64,000 nucleotides of DNA from Chloroflexota bacterium (GTDB lineage Bacteria > Chloroflexota > UBA11872 > VXNJ01), in contig OZ253449.1 of assembly GCA_965261345.1 (NCBI GenBank), positions 1,152,001 to 1,216,000 on the forward strand. The letters are read 5' to 3'. Shown one piece after another: positions 47,198-57,196 of this stretch; the stretch's first letter is position 1; each line of letters starts with the position of its first letter. The translations under genes and the position numbers were made by a program. The notes beneath the pieces are model-generated. The model did no database searches. It was not told the DNA's origin and saw nothing but the letters and a program-made list of their open reading frames with translations.

Positions 47198-48031
47198 ATG
47201 GCCGAATGGATTTTGGAAGACGAATTTGGCGATGTCGTCGGCAAGGCCCGCCGCGGGTTAGGGCTCTCGGTCGATCAGCTGGCAGTCGCCGCCGGTCTGC
47301 CGGCCGAAACCGTAGCGGCGTTCGAGGGCTATCGTCGCGATCCCGACCGCGAGCAGTCGCGTGCCCTGGCCGTTTCGCTGGGGTTGCGGCCCGATCAGCT
47401 TTGGGAACTGGCCGAAGAGGCCTGGCTCCCCGAGCCACCGTCGCCCGATCTTGGCGGCGGCGTCCGGGTCGACAGCCTGTACCTGCCGACCGACCGCGTA
47501 TGGACCTATCTGCTAGGTGATTTGGATGCCTGCCTGGCAATTGACTGCGGAGCTGGCCTGGCTGACATCGAAGCGGCAATCGGGGACCGGGAACTGCTGG
47601 CGATTGTGCTCACCCATGCCGATGCCGACCACATCTACTCGCTGTCCGGCCTGCTGGCCAATCGCCAAATTCCGGTGTTTGTGCACGAGACCGAGCGTGA
47701 CCGGGTGGTCGCGGACGATGTGCGGTGCTTTGTAGATGGCGACCTGCTCACGCTGGGACGCTTCCAGCTTTCGGTCCTGCATGCCCCGGGACACTCCCCA
47801 GGCTGTTGCGGCCTACATGTCCCGGGCGCGGTGTTTACCGGCGATACCGTGTTTGCGGCCTCGCTCGGCGGGACCCGGATGGGGCCGGAGCACTACGCGG
47901 GGCATTTGGCCGCGGTGCGCTCCAAGATACTCGCGCTGCCCGGGTCAACCAAATTGTTCCACGGTCACGGCGCCCACTCGACGGTGGCTGAAGAGTTGGA
48001 CCACAACTCGTTTTTTGATGCCGCTTCCTAA
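47198..48031 (+). CDS. HTH (XRE-like) fused MBL-fold metallohydrolase
   Basis: LEDEFGDVVGKARRG N-terminal HTH; THADADH, PGHS, TGD, GHG. Confidence 0.8.
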   Translation: MAEWILEDEFGDVVGKARRGLGLSVDQLAVAAGLPAETVAAFEGYRRDPDREQSRALAVSLGLRPDQLWELAEEAWLPEPPSPDLGGGVRVDSLYLPTDRVWTYLLGDLDACLAIDCGAGLADIEAAIGDRELLAIVLTHADADHIYSLSGLLANRQIPVFVHETERDRVVADDVRCFVDGDLLTLGRFQLSVLHAPGHSPGCCGLHVPGAVFTGDTVFAASLGGTRMGPEHYAGHLAAVRSKILALPGSTKLFHGHGAHSTVAEELDHNSFFDAAS

Positions 48032-48041
48032 TCGGCCGGCG

Positions 48042-48596
48042 CTAGCAGGCCGGCGATTCGGGCGGAATAGTGAGCACCTGTCCGATTAGCAGGCTGTCGT
48101 TTTCGGCCAGTCCATTGACCTGGCGCAGCGATTGCACTGAGACCGAGTAATCGGTGGCGATTCCCCAGAGCGATTCGCCAGCCTTGACCCGATAGCGGCA
48201 GTCGGCCAGTTCGCCCACCGGCAGCGGCGCGACCGAAACGGTGCTGGGGAGGCGCAGCACCTGACCGGCCTGGACTTCGTTGGGGTCGCTGATGCCGTTG
48301 TAGGCGGCCACCGTATCGACGGTTAGGCCGTATAGGTCGGCGATTTGCTGCAGGGTTTCTCCCAGGGCAATGATGTGCTGGCGCGGGATCGCGGTAGGTT
48401 CGGGGGTAGGCGGAATGGTCGGCGCCGGCGGCAGAGTGGGCGCCGGCGGTTGCGGAAGATTGACCATCGGCCCCAGCACGTTGGCGGCTGAATTTGGCGC
48501 CGGGCCGCCGGTGCGGGTGGCGATAAGCCAAACCGCCAGCAGCAGCAGCAGGACCCCCAGGGTTCCTAGAATGCGTTCGCGCCGGCTCGAATCCAT
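48042..48596 (-). CDS. Membrane-anchored double-LysM protein
   Basis: TM helix, Pro linker, two LysM repeats (GETLQQIA, GESLWGIA). Confidence 0.88.
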   Translation of the reverse strand: MDSSRRERILGTLGVLLLLLAVWLIATRTGGPAPNSAANVLGPMVNLPQPPAPTLPPAPTIPPTPEPTAIPRQHIIALGETLQQIADLYGLTVDTVAAYNGISDPNEVQAGQVLRLPSTVSVAPLPVGELADCRYRVKAGESLWGIATDYSVSVQSLRQVNGLAENDSLLIGQVLTIPPESPAC

Positions 48597-48744
48597 TAGC
48601 TCCCGCCGGGTCGTTCGCGCCGAAATTGGCAGCGCGCCGAATGTTGCCCCGCGGCGATTTTAGTGAGCCTGCATGGGAACATTGCCAAGGCGACCCCGCC
48701 GGGGCGGTACGGTTGGGCGTAATTTTCCGAGAGGCTTTTTGGCA

Positions 48745-49488
48745 ATGCAGGCCTTGATTCTGGCTGGTGGTTACGGGACCAGGTTGGGTGATTTGACCCG
48801 CAATCGGTCCAAGGTCCTATTACCGATCGGTGGCCGCCCGATGGCCGATTGGGTGCTCGAGAAGGCGCTGGCCCTGCCGGCGGTCGAGCAAGCCGTGGTT
48901 GTGACTAACGATCGGTTTTTTGACGATTTTGGCCGATGGCATGACTCGCACCCGGACCGCGACCGGATAGCCGTCCTAAACGATGGCACCACCAGCAACG
49001 CCAACCGGCTGGGGGCAGTCGGCGACGTGCTTTTTGCAATAGAGCATCAATCGATTGACGACGACCTGCTGATCATGGCCGGCGACAACGTCTTTGATTT
49101 CGACCTGGCCCCGATGGCCCTGATGCTGGGCGCCAAGGGCTCCTGCGCGGCGCTCTATGATGTCGGCTCGCTGGAGGCGGCCAAGCGTTACTCCAACGCC
49201 AGCATGGATGCCAATGGGCGCATCACCGGGTTCGTGGAGAAGCCACCAAACCCATCCTCAACGATGGTTGCGGTGGCCCTTTATATGTACCGGGCCAGCG
49301 ACCTGGCCCTTTTTGCGAGTTTTTCCGACGAAGGCCACAACCTGGACCTAATAGGCGGATTTCTGCAATGGGCGCACCGGCAAACTCCGGTCTTCGGCTG
49401 CCGGTTCGAGGGCAACTGGTGGGATATCGGCGCGCGCGCGGAATTTGAAGCCGTCAACGCCTATCTGCGGGGGCGCGGTGAGGGCTAG
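48745..49488 (+). CDS. Sugar-1-phosphate nucleotidyltransferase
   Basis: LILAGGYGTRL...K.LLP, AGDN, FVEKP, WWDIG. Confidence 0.88.
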   Translation: MQALILAGGYGTRLGDLTRNRSKVLLPIGGRPMADWVLEKALALPAVEQAVVVTNDRFFDDFGRWHDSHPDRDRIAVLNDGTTSNANRLGAVGDVLFAIEHQSIDDDLLIMAGDNVFDFDLAPMALMLGAKGSCAALYDVGSLEAAKRYSNASMDANGRITGFVEKPPNPSSTMVAVALYMYRASDLALFASFSDEGHNLDLIGGFLQWAHRQTPVFGCRFEGNWWDIGARAEFEAVNAYLRGRGEG

Positions 49489-50638
49489 CCCGGCCTGGAC
49501 CGACTCGCTGACACGCCAGCTGGATTGGCGCGATGCCGGATTCTGGGTTCGCGCTCCCGGCCGGGTAAACCTGATCGGTGAGCACACCGATTACATGGGC
49601 GGCCTGGTGTTGCCGACCGCTCTGGACCTTGAAATGCGCGGCCTGGTTCGGGTAAGAGACGATCGCCAGGTAAGGCTCCGCTCGTTAAAACTCGGTGCCG
49701 CCGACCGCTTTCAGTTGGGCGAGGAGAACGCCCTGTCCGACCCAGGGTTCGGCCGCTACGCTCGCGGGGTTACCGCCGCGCTTTCCCAGCATCACCGCCT
49801 GGAGCGGGGCTTCGAACTGGTCTTTGATTCGCAGATTCCGGTCGCCGCCGGACTGGCCTCATCGGCGGCGCTGGAAGCGCTGGTCGGCCTTGCGGCCCTG
49901 GCAGTCAACGGTCTCCCGCTCGATCGGGACCGGCTGGTGGACGCCTGTCACTGGGCCGAGAACCAGTTTGTGGGAGTGGCCTGCGGGCTCATGGACCAGA
50001 CGATCTGCATCCACGGCCAGGCCGGCAACGCGGTGCTAATTGATTGCCAAAGCCGCGCCCGCACGCTGGCCCCGATCGGGAATATGGCGATCGTCGTTTG
50101 CAATACGCTCTCGTCGCGCCAGCTTTCGGCTTCCGCATACAACCTCCGCCGGTCCCAGTGCGAGCAGGGCCTGGCCGGGCTTGCCAGGCAGGATCCGACG
50201 ATCCGCAGTCTGCGCGATGTCGACGTGGCCGCAGCGGCGGAGCTGGGAACCCGTTTGGAGCCAGTCATCGCCCGCCGGGTTGGCCACGTGGTCTCTGAGA
50301 ACCAGCGCGTTCGGGCGATGGTAAAGGCGCTCGCGGCCGGCGATCGGCCGAGCATCGGGCGGCTTTGTGCGGCCTCGCAGGATTCGTTGCGCGACAACTT
50401 TGAGGTTTCCTCCCCCGAACTGGAGGCGATGGTCGCGGCGGCCCGGGGCGCACCCGGACTGATCGGTGCCCGCTTAACCGGCGGCGGGTTCGGGGGTTGC
50501 ACGGTCAATCTGGTCGAACCGGCCCGGACCGCCGATTTTGCCGCCGCGGTGGAGGCAAGCTATCTGCGGGAAACCGGCCAGGAACCGGAAATCTATGTCT
50601 GCCAGAGCGCGGCCGGAGCCAGCTGGGGACCGGTTTGA
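49478..50638 (+). CDS. galK: Galactokinase
   Basis: APGRVNLIGEHTDY, P.AAGLASSAA, CGLMDQ, GARLTGGGFGGC. Confidence 0.92.
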   Translation: MRASPAWTDSLTRQLDWRDAGFWVRAPGRVNLIGEHTDYMGGLVLPTALDLEMRGLVRVRDDRQVRLRSLKLGAADRFQLGEENALSDPGFGRYARGVTAALSQHHRLERGFELVFDSQIPVAAGLASSAALEALVGLAALAVNGLPLDRDRLVDACHWAENQFVGVACGLMDQTICIHGQAGNAVLIDCQSRARTLAPIGNMAIVVCNTLSSRQLSASAYNLRRSQCEQGLAGLARQDPTIRSLRDVDVAAAAELGTRLEPVIARRVGHVVSENQRVRAMVKALAAGDRPSIGRLCAASQDSLRDNFEVSSPELEAMVAAARGAPGLIGARLTGGGFGGCTVNLVEPARTADFAAAVEASYLRETGQEPEIYVCQSAAGASWGPV

Positions 50639-51192
50639 GCGGGGTCGAGGAGATCGCGCTGGCGCTGGCGCTCGCGGTGAGCGTGGGCATGGCCCCCTTC
50701 ATCGGACTTGCCATCCTGAGCATGGGCCTGGGCTTTGGCTACGGAACCGCCAATTGGGCCAGTTCCGCGCTGACCGGAATCGGGGCCCTGCTCGTCCTGC
50801 TCGGTCTAATCGCGCTCGATATCGTCCTGGACAAGCTGCCGGCGGCCGCAAGGATCTGGGCCCCGTTGTCCTGGGCATTTCGGGTCCTGGCGGGAGGGTT
50901 GATCGGCTGGAGCCTCACCGGGACGGTTTTCTGGGCGGCCCTGGCGGCGGCGATCGCCGTTGCGGTCAACCTGCTGCGGACGCGCCTGGCCGCCCGGGCC
51001 CAGCGCAAGATTCCCGGCCTGGGGCGATTCGGGGCCCTGGCGGCGGCCGATTTTCTGGCGGCCGTAATCGGCGCTATCGCCGTGGTGGGGCCGTACGTTG
51101 GCCTCGCGCTGGCGCTGATCGCCGGCCTGGGCGGGGCACTGCTGCTGGCCGCATCCTCCCGCGCGGACAATGTGGGCGATACTAGCGATTGA
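50635..51192 (+). CDS. DUF4126-like membrane protein
   Basis: Highly hydrophobic, IVLDKLP motif; TTG start overlaps galK TGA. Confidence 0.55.
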   Translation: MSGVEEIALALALAVSVGMAPFIGLAILSMGLGFGYGTANWASSALTGIGALLVLLGLIALDIVLDKLPAAARIWAPLSWAFRVLAGGLIGWSLTGTVFWAALAAAIAVAVNLLRTRLAARAQRKIPGLGRFGALAAADFLAAVIGAIAVVGPYVGLALALIAGLGGALLLAASSRADNVGDTSD

Positions 51193-51232
51193 TTAGGGGT
51201 TTGAAAACCAATCCGATTGCGAAATCTGCAAA

Positions 51233-52294
51233 TTGAGTAAAACCGGGCCAATCGACCTGCGTTCGGATACGGTGACCCGGCCGACCGCGGCGATGCGGAC
51301 GGCAATGGCGGAGGCCGAAGTCGGTGACGACGTATTTGGCGAGGACCCCACCGTCAACGCGCTCGAAGCCGAAGCCGCCCGGGTGTTTGGCAAACCGGCC
51401 GCGCTGCTGCTGGCCTCGGGCACCCAGGCCAACGCGGTTGCCACCCTGGTCCACACACACCCCGGACAACTGGCGTATTGCGAACTTGGGGCCCACGTCG
51501 GGGTTCACGAGGGTGGCGGCTATGCTGCACTTGCCGGAATCGCGCTGGAGAAGATCCCTACCGCGGATGGCGTGCTCACCGCCGATTTGGTGGCCGAGCG
51601 GATCCTGCCGGAAGACCCACACCTGGCCGAGCCGGCCCTTATCTGGGTTGAAAACACTCACAACGGCGCCGGTGGGGTCCCGACCCCCAAGTGCGTAATC
51701 GACGAGCTGGGACAGCTGGCCCGGTGCAAAGGCTACGCCCTACATATCGACGGCGCACGAATCTTTAACGCCGCGGTGGCGCTGGGCACACCGGTTGCGG
51801 AGTTGACCGCCAGCGCCGATTCGGTCCAGTTCTGCCTCTCCAAAGGCCTGGGGGCGCCGGTCGGTTCGATGCTGGTTGGCAGCCGCGACTTCATCACCCG
51901 GGCCCGCCGCAAGCGCAAGCTGCTGGGTGGGGCGATGCGCCAGGCCGGGGTGATCGCCGCCGCCGGACTGATCGCCCTCACCGAGATGCCCGCCAAACTG
52001 GCTAACGATCATGCCCGGGCGCGCCGCCTGGCCCAGGCGCTTAGCGATCATGCGGGACTGTCGGTGCTCAATCCCGACCCGGCCAGCAACATGGTTTATC
52101 TCAGGATCGATGCCGACTTGATCGATCCGCCGGAGCTGGTGGCGCGTGTCGCCGACGCGGGCGTTTTGATCGGCCCGGTGGCCAGGACGGGCAATGTTTC
52201 GCGCTTGGTCCTCCATCACCAGATCAACGACCGTGACGTGGGATCCGCGATCGCGGTCATCGGCCAGTTAGCGCTGGCCGGGGCACGACGGTAG
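51233..52294 (+). CDS. ltaE: Low-specificity L-threonine aldolase
   Basis: DLRSDTVT, GDDVFGEDP, ENTHN, HIDGARIFNA, CLSKGLGAPVG. Confidence 0.93.
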   Translation: MSKTGPIDLRSDTVTRPTAAMRTAMAEAEVGDDVFGEDPTVNALEAEAARVFGKPAALLLASGTQANAVATLVHTHPGQLAYCELGAHVGVHEGGGYAALAGIALEKIPTADGVLTADLVAERILPEDPHLAEPALIWVENTHNGAGGVPTPKCVIDELGQLARCKGYALHIDGARIFNAAVALGTPVAELTASADSVQFCLSKGLGAPVGSMLVGSRDFITRARRKRKLLGGAMRQAGVIAAAGLIALTEMPAKLANDHARARRLAQALSDHAGLSVLNPDPASNMVYLRIDADLIDPPELVARVADAGVLIGPVARTGNVSRLVLHHQINDRDVGSAIAVIGQLALAGARR

Positions 52295-52304
52295 GGCGGC
52301 GACC

Positions 52305-53342
52305 ATGGCGACTCTAATAACCGGAGCCACCGGAACGATCGGCCGCCGGCTGGCAGCCGCTCTGGCCAAGCGCGGCGACGAACTGGTTGCACTGATTCGG
52401 GAAACCAGCAATGACGATGTCCTCGGCGACCTGGAGCTCGACCTGGTCGAGGGTGACATCACCGACCTGGCCGACGTGCGCGAGGCGATGGCCAGCTGCG
52501 ACCGGGTTTTTCATCTGGCCGGGCAATTTAGCGAGTGGCTACCCGATGAGCGCGAATTCTTCGACGTAAATACTGGCGGGACGGTTAACGTGCTCGAAGC
52601 CGCGGCCGAACTTGGCATCAAGAAGTTGGTGCATGTCTCCTCGGCGGCCGCAATCGGGCAGTCGCGATTTGAAATCGGCAACGAACAGACCACCCATCGC
52701 GGCAGCTTCCTGACCACCTATGAGCGGTCCAAATGGGAGGCCGAGCAATTCGTGCTCGAAGCGGCCGCCGAAGGCCTGCCGGCGGTCATTGTATGCCCGG
52801 CAATGGTCTACGGCCCGGGCGATCTGCGCCATAACGGCCGGCGCCTGGTCTCGCTGCTCAACGGGCGGCCGGTGGCCACCCTGACAACCGATTCCTCCTA
52901 TGTTTTTATCGACGACGTGGTGCGTGGCATCATCGCCGCCGACGAGCGCGGCACGTCCGGCGAGCGCTACATCCTCACCGGCGGAAACATGACCCGCGAG
53001 GCGTTCCTGTCGGCGGCGCTGGAAGTGGCCGGGGTTAAGGGCAACCTGCAGCGGGTGGCCCCCTGGCAGTTGCGCCTGCTCCAATTTATGGACAACGTGC
53101 GCCGGGTGATAAAGCCCAAGGAGGCGCCGGTGGTTACCAAGCAAGGGATCGACTTCGCCCTGTTCGGCCACAGGTTTGACGCCTCCAAGGCCGAGCGCGA
53201 CCTCGGGGTCACCTTTACCGAGCTGGAAAACGGCTTGGACGAAACCATCGAATGGCTCTATCAGGAGAGCCTGATCGAACTGCCCGAAGACGTGCTGCCC
53301 GAGGACGAGGACGACGACGACAGGCAAGAGCCGATTGTCTGA
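52305..53342 (+). CDS. NAD-dependent epimerase/dehydratase (extended SDR)
   Basis: TGATGTIG, FHLAG, YERSK, VYGPGD. Confidence 0.88.
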   Translation: MATLITGATGTIGRRLAAALAKRGDELVALIRETSNDDVLGDLELDLVEGDITDLADVREAMASCDRVFHLAGQFSEWLPDEREFFDVNTGGTVNVLEAAAELGIKKLVHVSSAAAIGQSRFEIGNEQTTHRGSFLTTYERSKWEAEQFVLEAAAEGLPAVIVCPAMVYGPGDLRHNGRRLVSLLNGRPVATLTTDSSYVFIDDVVRGIIAADERGTSGERYILTGGNMTREAFLSAALEVAGVKGNLQRVAPWQLRLLQFMDNVRRVIKPKEAPVVTKQGIDFALFGHRFDASKAERDLGVTFTELENGLDETIEWLYQESLIELPEDVLPEDEDDDDRQEPIV

Positions 53343-54639
53343 ACCCGGCCCGTTGCGGGTGGGCATGCTGGGGCTTGGCAACGTCGGGGCCGGAGTGGCG
53401 ACGGTTCTGGCGGCCAAACAGACCCAGCTGACAGCCACGCTCGGACGCGGCATCGAGCTGCGGCGGGCGCTGGTCCGGGACCCGTCCAAGCCGCGCGGGT
53501 TGGACCTGCCGGAGGGCACGCTGACCTGCGATCCGCAGGCGGTTGTGGCCGCCGCCGACATCGACGTGGTGGTCGAACTTCTCGGCGGGCTGGAGCCGGC
53601 CCGCGGCCTGATGGCCCAGGCGATCCAGTCAGGGAAACATGTAATTACCGCCAACAAGGAGGTCATGGCCCACCATGGGGCCGAACTCCTGGCGGCGGCG
53701 GCGGACAAGGGTGTCGACCTGTTCTTTGAGGCCTCGGTCGGAGCCGGCATCCCGCTGATCGGGCCGTTCCGGCAGAATCTGGCGGCCAACCGGCTTGACG
53801 CGGTCGAGGCCATCATCAACGGCACCACCAACTACATCCTCACCCGCATGGCCACCGAGGGTGCCGATTACCAGGCGGTGCTCGCCGATGCCCAGCGGCT
53901 CGGCTATGCCGAGCCGGATCCCACCAACGACGTTGCCGGCCATGATGCGGCCTACAAGCTGGCGGTACTCTCGACCCTGGCCTTTGGCGTGGAGGTTCGT
54001 CCCGAGGCGATCTATCGCGAGGGCATCACCGCCCTTGCGGCAGCCGATTTCCGGGCCGCCGGCGAACTGGGCTACGCGATCAAGCTGCTAGCCATTGCCC
54101 GCTCGCAGGATGGGGCGATCCAGGCCCGGGTGCACCCGACGATGGTCCCGCAGGGCTGCCTGCTGGCCCAGGTCGGCGGGGTCGAGAACGCGGTGCGAAT
54201 CCATGGCGACCTAATCGGCCACGCCACCTTCGTGGGGCGTGGGGCCGGTCGCGAGCCGACCGCCAGTGCGGTGGTCGCCGACCTGATCGAGCTGGCCCAC
54301 AACATCGCCGCCGCGGCGCATGCCCGGGTCCCGCTGAAAATCGGGCCGAAATGTGCATTTCGGCCAATCGCCGACGTCTTCTCGCGCTACTATCTGCGGC
54401 TCTGGGTCAGCGACCAGCCTGGGGTCCTTGCCCAGATTGGCCATGTTTTCGCCGAGCACGCGGTCTCGATCGCCGCGGTAACCCAAAAGGAACGTGATGA
54501 CGAGTCCGACCTGGCCGAACTGGTAATCATCACCCACATGGCCCAGGAGCGCGACATGCAGGCAGCGGTTGCCCAAGCCTCCGCGCTGGAGATTACCGAT
54601 CGGGTGGCGGCACTCATCCGCATCGAAGACCTGGCCTGA
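53335..54639 (+). CDS. hom: Homoserine dehydrogenase with ACT domain
   Basis: GLGNVG, TANK, FEASVGAGIP, NGTTNYIL, GYAEPDP, DQPGVLA. Confidence 0.95.
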   Translation: MSEPGPLRVGMLGLGNVGAGVATVLAAKQTQLTATLGRGIELRRALVRDPSKPRGLDLPEGTLTCDPQAVVAAADIDVVVELLGGLEPARGLMAQAIQSGKHVITANKEVMAHHGAELLAAAADKGVDLFFEASVGAGIPLIGPFRQNLAANRLDAVEAIINGTTNYILTRMATEGADYQAVLADAQRLGYAEPDPTNDVAGHDAAYKLAVLSTLAFGVEVRPEAIYREGITALAAADFRAAGELGYAIKLLAIARSQDGAIQARVHPTMVPQGCLLAQVGGVENAVRIHGDLIGHATFVGRGAGREPTASAVVADLIELAHNIAAAAHARVPLKIGPKCAFRPIADVFSRYYLRLWVSDQPGVLAQIGHVFAEHAVSIAAVTQKERDDESDLAELVIITHMAQERDMQAAVAQASALEITDRVAALIRIEDLA

Positions 54640-54647
54640 GCGCAGCG

Positions 54648-55703
54648 ATGGCCAAGCTCGGCGTGGTGGCTCGCTGGCGCAAATTTTTCCCGGTCGGCGA
54701 GAAGACCCCGATCGTCTCGCTCGGCGAAGGCGATACCCCGCTGATCCGGATGCCCAGCTTCGAGCAGGCGACCGGCGTCCGGGCGGTTTGGGTCAAGTAC
54801 GATGGCGCCAACCCCACCGGTTCCTTCAAGGATCGGGGGATGGCCCTGGCCATGAGCAAGGCGCTTGAAGCCGGCGCCCACACCGTGATTTGCGCCTCAA
54901 CCGGCAACACCTCGGCGGCCGCGGCAGCCTACGCCGGGCGCGCCGGGTTGCGCTGCCTGGCCCTGGTCTCCGATGCCATCGCGCGCGGCAAATTGGCGCA
55001 AGCCCAGATCCTGGGGGCCGACGTAGTGGTGATGGCGGGCAACTTCGATGCGCGCCTGGCGGTGGCCAAACAAGTCTGTGCCGAACACCCGGGGATCGCG
55101 CATGTCAATTCGGTCAATCCGTACCGCCTGCAGGGGCAGCAGTCGGCGGCATTTGAGATTTGCGAAGAACTCGGCCGGGCCCCGGACGAGCTCTATATTC
55201 CGGTTGGCAATGCCGGCAACATCCACGCCTATTGGCGCGGTTTCGAAAAATTTGCCGCAGCCGGGCTAATCGATGCGAAACCGCGCCTGCGCGGCTTCCA
55301 AGCGGCGGGAGCGGCGCCGATCGTGATCGGGCGTCCGGTATCCGATCCGCGCACCATCGCCAGCGCGCTGGAGATCGGCAATCCAGAAAATTGGGGCAAG
55401 GCGACAGCTGCCCGCGACGCTTCCGGCGGTTCGATCGAGGCGGTCGGCGACCCGGCGATCGTAAGTGCCTATCAAGACCTGGCCGGTCAGGGGCTTTTCT
55501 GCGAACCGGCCTCGGCGGTTTCGCTGGCCGGTCTGCTGGACCGCGCCGGGCGCGGTCTGCTGGATCCAGATTCAGAGGTTGTCTGCGTACTGACCGGATC
55601 AGGCCTCAAAGACCCCGACCTGGCGCTGCGCAGCGCCAGGTCGCCGGTGCTGCGCCTGGCCGAAACCTCGGCCGCCGCCCTGGACGCGGCGCTCGGGCTC
55701 TAG
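54648..55703 (+). CDS. thrC: Threonine synthase
   Basis: NPTGSFKDRG, CASTGNT, PVGNAGN, CEPASA, LTGSGLKD. Confidence 0.94.
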   Translation: MAKLGVVARWRKFFPVGEKTPIVSLGEGDTPLIRMPSFEQATGVRAVWVKYDGANPTGSFKDRGMALAMSKALEAGAHTVICASTGNTSAAAAAYAGRAGLRCLALVSDAIARGKLAQAQILGADVVVMAGNFDARLAVAKQVCAEHPGIAHVNSVNPYRLQGQQSAAFEICEELGRAPDELYIPVGNAGNIHAYWRGFEKFAAAGLIDAKPRLRGFQAAGAAPIVIGRPVSDPRTIASALEIGNPENWGKATAARDASGGSIEAVGDPAIVSAYQDLAGQGLFCEPASAVSLAGLLDRAGRGLLDPDSEVVCVLTGSGLKDPDLALRSARSPVLRLAETSAAALDAALGL

Positions 55704-55718
55704 GCCGGCCGCTCGCCC

Positions 55719-56267
55719 CTAGCGGAAACCGGCCGCCAGGTCGGCCTGCTCGATGAGGATCTCCCGGTTTAGCAGGCCGAAGCGAATGTGGGTTACCAAT
55801 TGCTCTGAGTCGGCAAAAACGGTAACCGGCAGGGCCGCCTGCCCCAGCAGGTCGAGGCTGACCGTGCGGCTGGCCAGGGCCACCGGCATGGTCAGATCGA
55901 GTTCGGAGACAAACTGATCGGCCACGAACCGGCCCTCGGCCACGTTGATTGCCAGCAGCCCCAGGTTCGGGTAGGTCCGTTCCCGCCACAAGCGTTCGAA
56001 TTCCGGCATCTCCAAACGGCATGGACCGCACCAGCTGGCCCAGAAATTGACCACGATTGGGTCGCCGGCCAGGCCTGCCAGATCCGTCGCCGATCCGGTA
56101 AGCGCCTCCAGCCCGGCCGCCGGCAGGAGCTGGCCGACGGTCAGCTGGCGGGGTCGCTGGCCCGAATCGGGTTCCTGTGCCCGGCAGGCGGCCAGCACCA
56201 GCCCCGCCGCCGCCCCGCCCAGCAGGGCCCTCCGACCGATCGGTCGTACCCTATCTACCCGAGTAAT
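55719..56267 (-). CDS. TlpA/ResA-like thiol-disulfide oxidoreductase (Tat lipoprotein)
   Basis: NFWASWCGPC; GRRALL...LAAC signal lies upstream of the first canonical start (56198); start uncertain. Confidence 0.8.
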   Translation of the reverse strand: MTRVDRVRPIGRRALLGGAAAGLVLAACRAQEPDSGQRPRQLTVGQLLPAAGLEALTGSATDLAGLAGDPIVVNFWASWCGPCRLEMPEFERLWRERTYPNLGLLAINVAEGRFVADQFVSELDLTMPVALASRTVSLDLLGQAALPVTVFADSEQLVTHIRFGLLNREILIEQADLAAGFR

Positions 56268-57196
56268 TGCACGAGTCCGAGATCGAGGTTGATCAACACC
56301 ACGCCCGTTCCAGATATCGCCAGACCGGTAAGGGTCAGCGGCGAGAAGCGTTGCCGCCAGAAGATGAAATCGATGATCGCGATCATCACCAGGAAGCTGG
56401 CCGAGGACAGCGGGAATATGAATGAGGCGTCAAATATCGTAAGCGCGGAGATCAGGGCCACGTTCTGAACCCAGTTTGATGCCCCCAAGGCGATCCCGAA
56501 TCCGATCGCGCGAGGGGTGAACTGGACCTTGTAGGGAACCTGAGAGGGCCGCCCGATCGCCTCGCGCGCCCAATCGCGGCGGGCCATCCGGCTGGCCAGC
56601 GGCCAGGTTAGCAGCGAGGTTACGCTCGCGGCGCTAAACAGCCAGAACGCATAGTCGGCCGGATTGGAGTTGGACCGAGCCTCGACAAACCATTTGGCGC
56701 CTACCTCGGATCCACCCAGCAGAATGAAAGATATCAGGACCATCAGCGGCAGCAGCCAGCTACCCTGGTTGGTGCCGACCGCCCTTCGCTGGGCATCAAT
56801 TCCCAGCAGCGGAGTGGCCAGGATGATGGCGACGATCCCCAGATACTGCTCGGGCGAGGGTTGTTCCGCCCAGACTACGATCGCCGCCACGGTGGGCACC
56901 AGCACCGCCAGTCGGTTGATCGTAGAGGAGATGGCCATCCCGCCCAGGCCGATCATTACGAAGATGACCAGATACATCAGCTGGTAGGCGACGCCCTGCA
57001 GGCCGCCCAAAATTACCGCCGCCGGGTCCAACGCGATGCCGCCATGCACGGCGAACGCCCAGATGGCGGCAATCACCATCGCGGCGCTGTAGTTGGTCGC
57101 GCCGATTACGAAGAACCCGCGCGGGTCGTTGCGGGCGTAACGCGCGATGTTTACAAATGCGAGTGTGCCGGCCAGGTGCAGAAATAAAAAGTGCAA
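56255..57196 (-). CDS. DMT/EamA-like membrane transporter
   Basis: About 10 TM helices in two repeats, W.EQP, GVVLINL end. Confidence 0.75.
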   Translation of the reverse strand: MHFLFLHLAGTLAFVNIARYARNDPRGFFVIGATNYSAAMVIAAIWAFAVHGGIALDPAAVILGGLQGVAYQLMYLVIFVMIGLGGMAISSTINRLAVLVPTVAAIVVWAEQPSPEQYLGIVAIILATPLLGIDAQRRAVGTNQGSWLLPLMVLISFILLGGSEVGAKWFVEARSNSNPADYAFWLFSAASVTSLLTWPLASRMARRDWAREAIGRPSQVPYKVQFTPRAIGFGIALGASNWVQNVALISALTIFDASFIFPLSSASFLVMIAIIDFIFWRQRFSPLTLTGLAISGTGVVLINLDLGLVQLLG

